Below, one piece after another: positions 9,901 through 18,148 of a stretch of 64,000 bases of DNA. Within the stretch, counting starts at the first letter, position 1. Each line of letters begins with the position of its first letter. Under the pieces are notes generated by a model. The model was not told the origin of the DNA. It saw only the letters and a list, made by a program, of their open reading frames with translations, and did no database searches. Position numbers and translations under genes: made by a program. The stretch is taken from positions 1 to 64,000 of IMG/VR virus record IMGVR_UViG_3300025162_000046; one strand, written 5' to 3'. This DNA is from a virus.

Positions 9901-10004
9901 CACGGGCGATGATTGTTCCGGAGGCATACACTTCGGGCCGGAATGTCATAAATATTCTCGAAGCAAGCCAGTCAATTGAGCCCGGACTAATTAGGATGAG
10001 GTAA
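6957..10004 (+). CDS. Multidomain protein: Pol-beta-type nucleotidyltransferase-like, ligase-like KxDG (DUF6267-like) and PD-(D/E)XK-like domains
   Basis: EGGNA...GSTGKK...GDIDLAFD...QVDLM; HAED...SVKADGAPVVFAG...EGFV...KLINRAEFS; PKADF...YISHKAG...QQYGG. These motifs resemble conserved T4-like phage genes. Confidence 0.6.
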   Translation: MLNNFQEGGNAIKDAVDVPTANVMPTIEAYIIDVISKLDHKAWAKIGSTGKKKIKNGDIDLAFDTDLSLEELSAELDKLGIEHVVSKGFHELNTKFHQYSPEGEGLPEFAQVDLMVGNLDWLQFAYFTAPEAETHYKAKHHTATLFGLLRGTDIEGDDGSLTGWSMAVAYGVFNRKSIKYVNKKGNEDTKAEKLSGYFPSPKVFCEVISERSLEPWSPEDLMDTCEAIWEKIKQRYSPEQQHTIFKTITRWCANQEIEVPDLMPSLQEALDHIITKEKLHQTHAEDMVLYGAEGIEFTLETFESLFHQLQTGEPTVERNLSVKADGAPVVFAGKSFAHIKVPFVAAKAILAKNAKYATNEEELVELFGNRPGLLLKMRALLKYVPAIGFPEGECWRGDFLFAHDALQHLSIEGKEYVTMHPNSLYYATQANSDLAARVEEAEIGVVWHTRYNGEDVTTAEPIYSTDVSELNDIPQVFQTDPYLRSLAGGVFTHEEESKIEHLLDFAHQAKEELLQSDDYSTILADEDFIKNFFTIFENHKVRSGAIGIDPLTFIPELMEWSIGRFEKKIASLKTDKARASYEEKKAQFLELLESRKDTLLTMLDLMKDIAEVKDMFVDKLNHFGMFETFYKTMSDGAFHRTGQEGFVISDTIGNSLKLINRAEFSHLNFSPDTENGWKVEAETFNEDAPKDPMKIEAYLANQLGLVITKKSSTTWSARDPENERKDKAIRAQRILKGELQRDGKDLILPTGIKIEFKDEKALKQNAKHEDNVETRYFRILEENFNRALGARKSINVQIKGQKKTMLIQGVAGVKVVEGTPKADFAFVDKAGYEIYYISHKAGTTPAHYQQYGGLKDLKDSPAWDLIAPELAKKIRKTIRGVEFGSGLAVKKSLKNTGPEGQIKKLAAYGQDYNSSAEGPQNVSAIIQGEISFTPAGSGTYDLNAAHVYLNGENMSGDADPVFIVRYDSERDSLIGGIKFVNARAMIVPEAYTSGRNVINILEASQSIEPGLIRMR

Positions 10005-10006
10005 CT

Positions 10007-11422
10007 ATGTCATACGAAAATAGTTGGTTGTATAAAAACGCGCGGTTAGAAGAATCGTGTCCAAATGGTCGTATAGTAGCGTTTAACCCTACTCGTAGTC
10101 CTCTACTTCGACATCAGGTGGAAGCAATTGCCAAGGAACTCGATTACGATTTTGCTATTTATGAAAATATCCGAACTGATTATAAAATACTTGAAGCCGC
10201 GTATGTTGCGTATAAAGATGGCTACGATGACTTTTTAATTCTTACAGAAACCAATGACCTTGGTCGAACTGAGCGTCTCATTCGAGAGCAATTTGATTTT
10301 ACTAACATACAGGCGTTTTCCGAAGTGGTTGAGGGCCCCCATGCTACGAGCCAGTTCCATGAGGCTCGTATCAACGCAGAGCCGCTTAGAGAAGGCGCAG
10401 CCGCCGCCCTCGCCCTCGCTCCCGTTGTAGCTCCGGGAACTGCTCTATTGTTAGTCGGCGCGCTTAATGCTAATCCACCAGTCAAAGGCACGGGGCAACT
10501 AATTCAAGAGATTTTAGACCTGGAGAAGAATGCCCGGGCACTGGTCCAAACTTATCTTCCTAAGTTTACTTCTTGGGACGGGAGAACAGTATATGTGCGA
10601 ATCTATATGCGACCAGGAGAGTTGACAAATGGATTGGGTTCTGGCACGAGAGTTAATCTTTTAGCAGACAGCGATAACTATTTTGGATTATACGACGCTC
10701 ACGGCGTTGGTGCTTTTAAAGTGTCTCCTCCTTTATCGGGGGAACCCGGGGGAATTTGGATTCCCGGGGATCATAGATCCGGGCCCATAACAAAAATAAA
10801 TTCTTTTACTAATTCGCTCGGCATTGGCGACAAGATTATATTCGCTCCCTCTGATCAAGTCACCAGTGTTCAAGATGAATTTAAGATTCCTACAGTGGTG
10901 CCCTTGACCACAAGCGTTCCTGATGGGCAAAGATCGGATCTGATCGCCACTATGGTAGCGCTCAGTAATGATTACTCCATCGAAAGTATGGCCACAAAAA
11001 AACCAAACCCCACAACAGCTTCTAAGATATCTAATGGGGACTATTTCATGTTTCAAATGCTCAATATTAGCTTAAAAACAAAGGGCAGAGCGATAGAGAC
11101 AGAACATAGTGTCACTGATAGAATGAATAAAGGTAGCAAGGGATACTTTGAGGGTATTTGGGAATCTCTTTCCCCCGGAGATAGAGCATGGCTGACAGAT
11201 CTTGGGGAAGGCACAGGAATTGGGGATATTATCTCTGTCGTAAATAGTGTAAGAAAAACAACCAAGGCCGCTTTGGGTCTTGGCGATAAAAGTGAAGAGC
11301 AGAAAAAAAAGAACTTGGAAAAACAGAAAGAAATAACTGAAAAACTTGGATTCGATATGGCTGAGGTTCTGAATGATCCGAGGTATAAGCAGCTTAAAAG
11401 TGCATTTGACTTAACTGATTAG
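10007..11422 (+). CDS. Hypothetical protein with degenerate cytidyltransferase-like N-terminus
   Basis: GRIVAFNPTR...YKDGYDDFLIL...ERLI...FDFTNI loosely resembles T4-like phage cytidyltransferases (GRFNPP...GY...GSDR) but lacks the HxGH motif. Confidence 0.4.
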   Translation: MSYENSWLYKNARLEESCPNGRIVAFNPTRSPLLRHQVEAIAKELDYDFAIYENIRTDYKILEAAYVAYKDGYDDFLILTETNDLGRTERLIREQFDFTNIQAFSEVVEGPHATSQFHEARINAEPLREGAAAALALAPVVAPGTALLLVGALNANPPVKGTGQLIQEILDLEKNARALVQTYLPKFTSWDGRTVYVRIYMRPGELTNGLGSGTRVNLLADSDNYFGLYDAHGVGAFKVSPPLSGEPGGIWIPGDHRSGPITKINSFTNSLGIGDKIIFAPSDQVTSVQDEFKIPTVVPLTTSVPDGQRSDLIATMVALSNDYSIESMATKKPNPTTASKISNGDYFMFQMLNISLKTKGRAIETEHSVTDRMNKGSKGYFEGIWESLSPGDRAWLTDLGEGTGIGDIISVVNSVRKTTKAALGLGDKSEEQKKKNLEKQKEITEKLGFDMAEVLNDPRYKQLKSAFDLTD

Positions 11423-12082
11423 ACAAAGCCTATTACGAATTTCAAGAAGAAGCAAGTCAAGGGCCTGTTCTTCCTTCGGCTCCAATCCAATAAACTGTTT
11501 GAAAAGAGTAGTGGACTGCCGGATTTTAGATTTACGAAGTGTGAGCAATAGATACAATCGCGCTGACAATGATAATCGATAGGAATCAACAGCACCGTCA
11601 AACTCCATAAGAATCGTCCTAATATTTTTTGCTAAATCTTCTAATCTGGACTCATCCATCTCCACAGTGAATTGGGCGCCTAAAGGATGAAGATGCATTT
11701 TATCTTGCAAATCCCCCAATTCCGTTTTATTGCCAGAGTCATCTCCAACGATCGCGTTCAAAGAAAGGTGCGCCTCTTCTTCCCAATTTCCATATAGAGA
11801 TTCAAGAACTTTCCATCTTAATAGCCCGCCGAAAGAATGCTCGATGCGAAATCCGGGTTGGCTATATCTCGCCATGATTTTAATGGCTGAATCGGTAGCG
11901 ACCGCGAGAACATGCTCCGGATCTAAATACACCTTACCCTTATTTACTTTGAGGGTGAGCGAGCGAGCATATTTGATCATTATTTCAAACATGCTCTTCC
12001 AAGCCTCGGGGCTTTTTGTTGCGAGGTATTCTTCTTGCAGGTCTGTGAGAATTATTTCTGTTTCCGGCTTATTTTTTGCCAT
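11411..12082 (-). CDS. Sigma region 2-like protein without evident region 4 (gp55-like late sigma candidate)
   Basis: EAWKSMFEIMIKYARSL...DPEHVLAVATDSAIKIMARY...SFGGLLRWKVLESL follows the sigma70 region 2 helix pattern. Confidence 0.45.
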   Translation of the reverse strand: MAKNKPETEIILTDLQEEYLATKSPEAWKSMFEIMIKYARSLTLKVNKGKVYLDPEHVLAVATDSAIKIMARYSQPGFRIEHSFGGLLRWKVLESLYGNWEEEAHLSLNAIVGDDSGNKTELGDLQDKMHLHPLGAQFTVEMDESRLEDLAKNIRTILMEFDGAVDSYRLSLSARLYLLLTLRKSKIRQSTTLFKQFIGLEPKEEQALDLLLLEIRNRLCLIS

Positions 12083-12245
12083 TGATTTTTAATCTCTCCG
12101 TTATTTGATCTACTGCAATATCCTTATTAAATAAACTATCCGGTTGTATCTCAACGATTATTCGCGGGTCTGTGAACAATAAAGAGTAGTCTATTTTCAT
12201 TTCATTCACAGCACTTTGTTTCACAAGAACACGCGCGATCTTCAT
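12069..12245 (-). CDS. Small hypothetical protein (58 aa)
   Basis: MKIARVLVKQSAVNEMKIDYSLLFTDPRII...INGKK* fills the gap between two minus-strand genes and overlaps the next start. Confidence 0.55.
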   Translation of the reverse strand: MKIARVLVKQSAVNEMKIDYSLLFTDPRIIVEIQPDSLFNKDIAVDQITERLKINGKK

Positions 12246-12254
12246 TCACAAAAC

Positions 12255-13469
12255 CTAACTATCATTCAGTTTAGCCAAGGTCGCATTATAAATTTCATTC
12301 CCTTGGATATCCGTATATAGAAGTTCAATTCCTGCGCCATGGTCAATATCCGTATCGAGTTCATTGAATCTGAGAAGCAAAGTGCCTGTGTCCGCCATAC
12401 GATTCAGCAGTATCCTTAATGAGTCACTGATGAGCGTAAAGGAAGCCTCAGTGACTTTTAGATTTCCGTCAAAGGTCTCGACAGCGAGCTCTTTCTCAAC
12501 CTCAGTGGAGGGGTGCTTATACGACAATATCATTCTTTGACCTAAGGTTGCGTCGTTTGTCCAGGTGAATGTGATGGGCTTCCATACCGAGGCCTCAAAG
12601 AGACCTGAGAAGAAGTCGATTGCTTCTGCCATGCGCGAAGGCTTTACCGCTATGGTTTGTACCTGAGCGCTATCCGGAGCGATGAGTTCCAAATCAGCTT
12701 GGCTCGGAATAGTGATGGTACAAGGATCGATAGCGAGTATAGCCCAGAAAGTTGGGTCAGGAGAAATCCAGCGAATCAAATTTTTATCCTTAGACAGGGT
12801 GAAGGTGCTGGCCTCCACTACGGCGAAGTCAATGAATCCTAAAATGAACTTATGAAGTAATCGGGATTCTCCGACAGGCAACACTGAGTTCCACACACTT
12901 GCCTTCATCCCTACCACTACGGTTCTATCCGCATACACGAGCTTATCTTGAAATAGGGCGATGGAGTTATTCTTATTGACGGTTCCCATATAAGTGGTGG
13001 CGATATGGGAAAAGTCGAGGAATGCTTGATTTGCCTCAAAAGATTCACCACCGGTGAATTGGGGCTCGCGATCAGTGTAAAAGGTAAGCAGGGAGGTGAT
13101 TTCAGGAGCATCTGCCTCATAAAAAACGACACTAAATGTTATCTTATCGTTAGTGGCGTCTGAGGTCATCAACATAGATGGCGGGGTAGTATTGATATTG
13201 AGTTTAAGGGGCATTGTTGAACCAATTTTCTTGGATGCACTGAGGAACTTGTTGATATCAATAGAAAAGTGTACAACATCGGGGCAGGCAGTTTCGAGGA
13301 TTAAGGCAAGAGAGACAACCGACTTATTCCCTTTGAAATAAAGAGTTAGCATATCGTCTTTGATGATCCCGTAAGTTTTTACAAATGAAGTCATCAAGTA
13401 TGAAAACATCTTGGAGTATCGAGAGAGTTTCTCGATGCTTGTCTGGGGTATTGCGATAGCGATCTTCAT
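12255..13469 (-). CDS. Putative DNA sliding clamp (beta-clamp-like)
   Basis: About 404 aa from ATG 13469 (RBS CAGGAG). Repeated alpha/beta pattern (FSIDINKFLSASKKI; IAVKPSRMAEAIDFF...FTLISDSLRILLNRM) resembles DnaN domains. Confidence 0.5.
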   Translation of the reverse strand: MKIAIAIPQTSIEKLSRYSKMFSYLMTSFVKTYGIIKDDMLTLYFKGNKSVVSLALILETACPDVVHFSIDINKFLSASKKIGSTMPLKLNINTTPPSMLMTSDATNDKITFSVVFYEADAPEITSLLTFYTDREPQFTGGESFEANQAFLDFSHIATTYMGTVNKNNSIALFQDKLVYADRTVVVGMKASVWNSVLPVGESRLLHKFILGFIDFAVVEASTFTLSKDKNLIRWISPDPTFWAILAIDPCTITIPSQADLELIAPDSAQVQTIAVKPSRMAEAIDFFSGLFEASVWKPITFTWTNDATLGQRMILSYKHPSTEVEKELAVETFDGNLKVTEASFTLISDSLRILLNRMADTGTLLLRFNELDTDIDHGAGIELLYTDIQGNEIYNATLAKLNDS

Positions 13470-13600
13470 ATTCTCTCCTGTGGGGGTGACATTCTTCTCA
13501 TAGTCATATACAATATACACAGCAATTCTAAAAATCTTCAATTAGTAATTTGATATCTGATGAGGCAATTAGATATAATTCTTAGACACAAGGAGGCTTC

Positions 13601-14275
13601 ATGGTTAAGGGAGAATCGGGGTACATTGGAATGTCTGATAGTGAATTGGTCAAAAGGATCAAGGCCAGTCAAGACGAGAGGCAGATCAAGGATATGACAC
13701 ACGCCTTGTATATCCGGTATATGAATTTCATTCACAAGCATTGGCACGCATTATCTCGGCAACTTAACACCTCTCATTTGGTGAGAGACATCAAAGAAGA
13801 CTTTTACAGTGAAAGCTTTGTATCCTTTTCAAAAGCATTGGCGGCGATTGACACCACAAAAATCAAAGATAATAAATGGAAATTTCTCGGGTACTTTGGT
13901 TTCTATCTTTCTAACCAGCGCAACTCTTCCGCAAAGAAAATCATAAAAAAGTATCAAGCCGAAACTCCTATTGAAATACCGGAAGCGTCCGGTGAGCGCA
14001 CCATTTATCTTTCGGATATTTCAGAAAAAGGATCGGTGTCTTCCGCGGAGGACACTTTTATGAAGGAAGATCAGCGCAAGCAATTCTGGTCAGGCCTCAG
14101 TTATTGTAAGGATAGCCTTTGGAACGACACAGAAAAGCAAATCTTCGAGATGAGAGAGAAAGGAAATTCTATCAAAGCTATTTGTAATCAATTACAGATG
14201 AGTCAATGGAAGTGTAAAAAGATTCTTGGATGTATGAAAGAACAATTCAAGGAGGCTGCTGGAATCGCCAGTTAA
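13601..14275 (+). CDS. RNA polymerase sigma70-family factor (regions 2 and 4)
   Basis: LYIRYMNFIHK...EDFYSESFVSFSKALAAID...KFLGYFGFYL (region 2) and NDTEKQIFEMREKGNSIKAICNQLQMS (region 4 HTH); AGGAGG RBS. Confidence 0.8.
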   Translation: MVKGESGYIGMSDSELVKRIKASQDERQIKDMTHALYIRYMNFIHKHWHALSRQLNTSHLVRDIKEDFYSESFVSFSKALAAIDTTKIKDNKWKFLGYFGFYLSNQRNSSAKKIIKKYQAETPIEIPEASGERTIYLSDISEKGSVSSAEDTFMKEDQRKQFWSGLSYCKDSLWNDTEKQIFEMREKGNSIKAICNQLQMSQWKCKKILGCMKEQFKEAAGIAS

Positions 14276-14661
14276 GAATCTCCATCGAGGTGATTCATCA
14301 ATTTCTGCCATTGACACCCAGCGACGCGGGACCACCACTCTTGCCTCTCTTCATAAGTGATGGGGTCACCCGTCACTGGGTGTTTCATGTTATCTAAGTT
14401 CCCATGAGAATAACGGTTCATCAATATCACATTATTAGGGTCATACATGAGATCCGGATAAATCGAAACCGGAAAGATGTGACAGTTATCTAATTTCTCC
14501 AATTGAATACGGGGCGCCTTCCTTTTAAGGAGGAGAGCCTCTTTTACTGTGAGCACTCTTAGTAATCTATCTTGGTGCTTGTCCCGAGCTTTGATCTTTT
14601 CTTTTAATTGCTGCCATTGGCTATCATTTTTATCCCGTCGCAACGCTATCGCCCTCTTCAT
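14272..14661 (-). CDS. HNH-family endonuclease-like protein lacking zinc-binding Cys pairs
   Basis: WQQLKEKIKARDKHQDRLL...LDNCHIFP...YDPNNVILMNRYSHGNLD. Confidence 0.65.
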   Translation of the reverse strand: MKRAIALRRDKNDSQWQQLKEKIKARDKHQDRLLRVLTVKEALLLKRKAPRIQLEKLDNCHIFPVSIYPDLMYDPNNVILMNRYSHGNLDNMKHPVTGDPITYEERQEWWSRVAGCQWQKLMNHLDGDS

Positions 14662-15214
14662 CCTTCAGGGTTATGGCATTTAAGAGTGTTGCGTTTTTAG
14701 AAAAATAATCCCAGCTACTCTCCAAAGTAAATTTTCCCGCGCGATAGTTCTTCAAAAAGAAAATTGAACTTTTATTCAACTTCCAACGGAATTGGTTATT
14801 TGTTGCTTCATCAACTAAAATAAATATATCGCGCCATACAATCACCCTATCAATGCGCCACATCCGCTGAGTGGTTTCTTTGCGGGTGGAGGGCAATTTA
14901 TCAGGCTCTACTCCGTCCTCAAGAAGCTTGGCTTGCTCTTCGGGAGTGAGGGGAATTTCAACAACGATGCTTTCTATCATTCGAGGGTAATGGTTTACCA
15001 CTAACACCTCTTTGATTTCGTGGATGAAGGATTTGACTGGCTTTGTGAAGTCCCATTCAAAATCATACTTCTTGCCGGTGTTAGCGTGAATTATCGTGAC
15101 GCCGGAATCTGCAGTGACGAAGGAAAGTAGCACAGGGGATTTTTCCGCGAAGTTCGAAAGTTTTTTAATAAACTCTGCTTTGTATCTTTCGCTGTCGATC
15201 TTAGTATGTAGCAT
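14630..15214 (-). CDS. Hypothetical protein
   Basis: 194-aa ORF with AAGGAG RBS and upstream ACTAACTA motif. Confidence 0.75.
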   Translation of the reverse strand: MLHTKIDSERYKAEFIKKLSNFAEKSPVLLSFVTADSGVTIIHANTGKKYDFEWDFTKPVKSFIHEIKEVLVVNHYPRMIESIVVEIPLTPEEQAKLLEDGVEPDKLPSTRKETTQRMWRIDRVIVWRDIFILVDEATNNQFRWKLNKSSIFFLKNYRAGKFTLESSWDYFSKNATLLNAITLKDEEGDSVATG

Positions 15215-15246
15215 GTTTGCTCCTTCATTTTAGTTAGTGTTTGTAA

Positions 15247-15771
15247 TTATAGTAAACGCTCATCCGTTGGTTCTTTTGGGGAGGGAGGAACCTGAGGGAA
15301 AGTGTCCCAAACCAGATCGTTTATCGGGTGAGGCATACACTGATCTACTCCCTCAACCGCGGGCCGTGGTAAAGAACCAAGATAAGGTAACAGGGCCGTA
15401 GCGAAAATATAGCAAGCGTCCGCCGTGGCTTCGAAGTAGGTATCTTCAAAGAATTCTTCTACGGACGCGTCCTTTTCTCTCATGTATTCTTCTAAATCTG
15501 AGGTGTCCACATTATCAGGGAGGTTTTCAGTTAACCCCTTGCGACATATGTTTACTATTCTATCTGTATATATGTTGCTTAGTCTCATAGCTTCTTTAAA
15601 TACGGCTTTATGGATTGCCTTGCCAGCGACCTCCCCCATTCTCGTAAATTCAGCTGAGAGTTTTTCCGCAATCTGTTCTCCGTAACGAGGGTTTGTTGTA
15701 AGGAACCTCTCGACATTCGTTGGAGGAGTATCAAAATCCCCCGTGTCACCCAGATCGCGATAATCACTCAT
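15247..15771 (-). CDS. Hypothetical protein with N-terminal DLGDxGDF motif
   Basis: 174-aa ORF in a minus-strand run; starts MSDYRDLGDTGDFDTPPTNVERFL. Confidence 0.75.
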   Translation of the reverse strand: MSDYRDLGDTGDFDTPPTNVERFLTTNPRYGEQIAEKLSAEFTRMGEVAGKAIHKAVFKEAMRLSNIYTDRIVNICRKGLTENLPDNVDTSDLEEYMREKDASVEEFFEDTYFEATADACYIFATALLPYLGSLPRPAVEGVDQCMPHPINDLVWDTFPQVPPSPKEPTDERLL

Positions 15772-15774
15772 AGT

Positions 15775-16083
15775 TTAGTCCTTCTTATCTTTATTCTCTT
15801 GTTCTTCTTCTTCAATGAAGTGTTCATCGATTGCTTCAATGATAGCATAGAAATCTTCATCAGAAGCTTTGAGCTTTTTTTGTTTGAATTTCTTGAAGCG
15901 CATGTAAGCCTCGTGAACATATTTCTTGGCTACTTCTGATTCCTCCGCGTAACCCTCAATGCGTTCCTTGACGCTATCCATTATTACCTTTATTTGTGCC
16001 TTGAGTTCACCTGCGGCTTCCTCATCTTCATAGGCGGCTGAAAATTCATTTATGAGCTCGGTTTTATTTATCATTGCACTCAT
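15775..16083 (-). CDS. Small helical protein, possibly T4 DsbA-like dsDNA-binding protein
   Basis: ATG 16083 with CAGGAGG RBS; about 102 aa, charged and helical. The DsbA resemblance is weak. Confidence 0.4.
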   Translation of the reverse strand: MSAMINKTELINEFSAAYEDEEAAGELKAQIKVIMDSVKERIEGYAEESEVAKKYVHEAYMRFKKFKQKKLKASDEDFYAIIEAIDEHFIEEEEQENKDKKD

Positions 16084-16124
16084 TTGTAACCTCCTGTATT
16101 CTGTGCTTATGAGATTCACTCATT

Positions 16125-16379
16125 TTACGCCGTGTCTCTTCCATAACATTTCCACAATATCAAGTGTGCGATAAAATGCTCGCGAGGAATGAGATATATC
16201 AGATTTTCTAAAGTATCCTGACCTCCTAAACTTCGAGGGAGTATATGGTGCCTTTCGAACCCCCTCTTACGAACTGTTAGTGCTGTTGGTGCCCTATCTA
16301 ATCCTCGGGTCTGAATGAGTTTGAAATACCGAGTGAAGTGAGGCTCGAATCCCGATGGCAACAAATCAAGGTTTCTCAT
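16125..16379 (-). pseudogene. Truncated HNH (Mob-like) homing endonuclease
   Basis: YFKLI...FERHHILPRSLGGQDTLENLIYLIPREHFIAHLILWKCY, ending right after the nuclease domain with no DNA-binding tail. Confidence 0.75.
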
Positions 16380-16386
16380 CTTTCAA

Positions 16387-17436
16387 TTAGTAGAAAATCA
16401 GAGTCAAAGAGGATTTCAATTGTCGGCCCCAACCACGATGGCGTAGGGCCTCTACTGTGGTGTGTAACTTTGTAGGCACATCACCTATATCCTTAATTCC
16501 CAAATTAGGAATTTCAAGTATCTCGAAAGGCTTACCTAAGTGTTCTTTCAGGTGGCCCATAGATTTCTTTCCCGCTTCATCATTATCCGGAATCATAACA
16601 ATACGACTGAACTGTTTGAGCAACCAAATCTGTCTTTCAGAGATGCCGGCGCCGAAAGTGGCGGTGCTATTAGCAAAGAAAGGATCTGTCCTAAGCACAG
16701 CGAGTTTGGTCAAGCCTTCAACTACATATAGAGGATCCTCCCGCTTGAGAATATCTACATCATAAATTGTTTGGACGGTTGAGTCTTTAGGATAGAGGAC
16801 TTTATGTGTTTGTTTTCCTGTAGTATCACGGCCTTCAATAGCAAGCAACTTACTACCTTCATAAATAGGAATGGTGAGTCTTTTGTTGAAGGTAGTTCCA
16901 TTAATATTGCCGTGATCCATAAACCCCATAGCCATCGATTTCGCTATTTCAAAGGGGATTCCACGACGACGGAGATAACGAATCGATTCCGGATGCTTTG
17001 CGGCAGGGACTATCTCACCTCTTACTTGAATATCGATATCTTTGTCAATGACGCTATAGTCCGGCGTCACATAATTAGAAGGATCGAATGAGAAGGATGT
17101 GAACTCATCATTCACTATGTCAAAATCTTTATAGAAAGATCTACTGGTAATCCTATAGTATAGAGAAGCGAGGGATCCTTGCGCTTGGCAACTAAAACAA
17201 TGATAAACGAACTTTTCGGGGGCGATGAACATGGAGGGGGTTTTATCAATATGAAAGGGGCACGCGACCTGCCACTCATCGGAGTTATCGAGATTGTGTG
17301 TTTTTAGTTTTAGGTTGAGCGCGCGAACAACCTGCTCAGCAAGTTGCCGCTTTCTGATAGGATCATTCATTGCTTGGCGTTGCTCATCCATCTTAGAACT
17401 CCTTGACGGCGGAGCAAAACGAAAGGCAGTTGGCAT
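16387..17436 (-). CDS. DNA primase (DnaG-like)
   Basis: Zinc finger CPFH...CFSC, YLRRRGI, RLTIPI, TOPRIM VVEG...PDNDEAG. Confidence 0.92.
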   Translation of the reverse strand: MPTAFRFAPPSRSSKMDEQRQAMNDPIRKRQLAEQVVRALNLKLKTHNLDNSDEWQVACPFHIDKTPSMFIAPEKFVYHCFSCQAQGSLASLYYRITSRSFYKDFDIVNDEFTSFSFDPSNYVTPDYSVIDKDIDIQVRGEIVPAAKHPESIRYLRRRGIPFEIAKSMAMGFMDHGNINGTTFNKRLTIPIYEGSKLLAIEGRDTTGKQTHKVLYPKDSTVQTIYDVDILKREDPLYVVEGLTKLAVLRTDPFFANSTATFGAGISERQIWLLKQFSRIVMIPDNDEAGKKSMGHLKEHLGKPFEILEIPNLGIKDIGDVPTKLHTTVEALRHRGWGRQLKSSLTLIFY

Positions 17437-17470
17437 ATTAGCCTCCGATGCGTGATTCTAATATACGCTC

Positions 17471-17974
17471 TCACTTTTTAATCTTTACAGAGATTGAAGA
17501 TAAATCGATATCGTCATCATCACCCGTATTCCTTTCAAATGGATTTTTTCCTACAGGGATGTTTACATTGATGGGAGTATACGCAAGATTCTCAGCAGGG
17601 TTGAGGGGGTTTTGTTCAGGCTGTGTTTCCTTTCGAAGTGCCTTTTGAATTTGACCTTGGATTGTTTTTAGATCATCTGAGCCCTTCATAGCAATTCGAG
17701 AAATTCTCATCTTTTCTCTATCATACAGCCAAAAAGTTCCATAAGTAGAAAGAGCCTCGTGTATTTGGGGTAGAATATCATATCCTGCGAGAGTGATAAT
17801 AAGATCTAAGAATTTATCGTGGGTCATCATTCGTCGATGCTCATCACCATCCGGGTAAATAAACACTTTTTCCCTACTGGGGTCGGAATAGAGAACCAAG
17901 AAAAAGAAATTTTGGATCGGAGGGGACATTACATATAGGCTGTCAGGGGGCAAAGGAGATACAAATTCTTCCAT
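17471..17974 (-). CDS. Hypothetical protein
   Basis: 167-aa ORF, GAGGAG RBS, ACTAATTA on the minus strand at 18021-18028. Confidence 0.75.
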   Translation of the reverse strand: MEEFVSPLPPDSLYVMSPPIQNFFFLVLYSDPSREKVFIYPDGDEHRRMMTHDKFLDLIITLAGYDILPQIHEALSTYGTFWLYDREKMRISRIAMKGSDDLKTIQGQIQKALRKETQPEQNPLNPAENLAYTPINVNIPVGKNPFERNTGDDDDIDLSSISVKIKK

Positions 17975-18043
17975 GTGGTTACTCCTCAGGGGCGATTCGT
18001 AATATTTGTATATTTATAAGTAATTAGTATTATTATATACACC

Positions 18044-18074
18044 CTGAGAACCTTAGGAACTGAGAACCTCAGGA
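18044..18074. repeat. Tandem 15-bp direct repeat with internal dyad symmetry
   Basis: CTGAGAACCTTAGGA (18044-18058) and CTGAGAACCTCAGGA (18060-18074), next to an AT-rich tract upstream of polA. Confidence 0.75.
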
Positions 18075-18148
18075 TCTACAATCTCTACAATTTTAACTCT
18101 TATCTTAAAGAGGCGAACTTATACTATCATAAACAATAGGAGTCAAAA

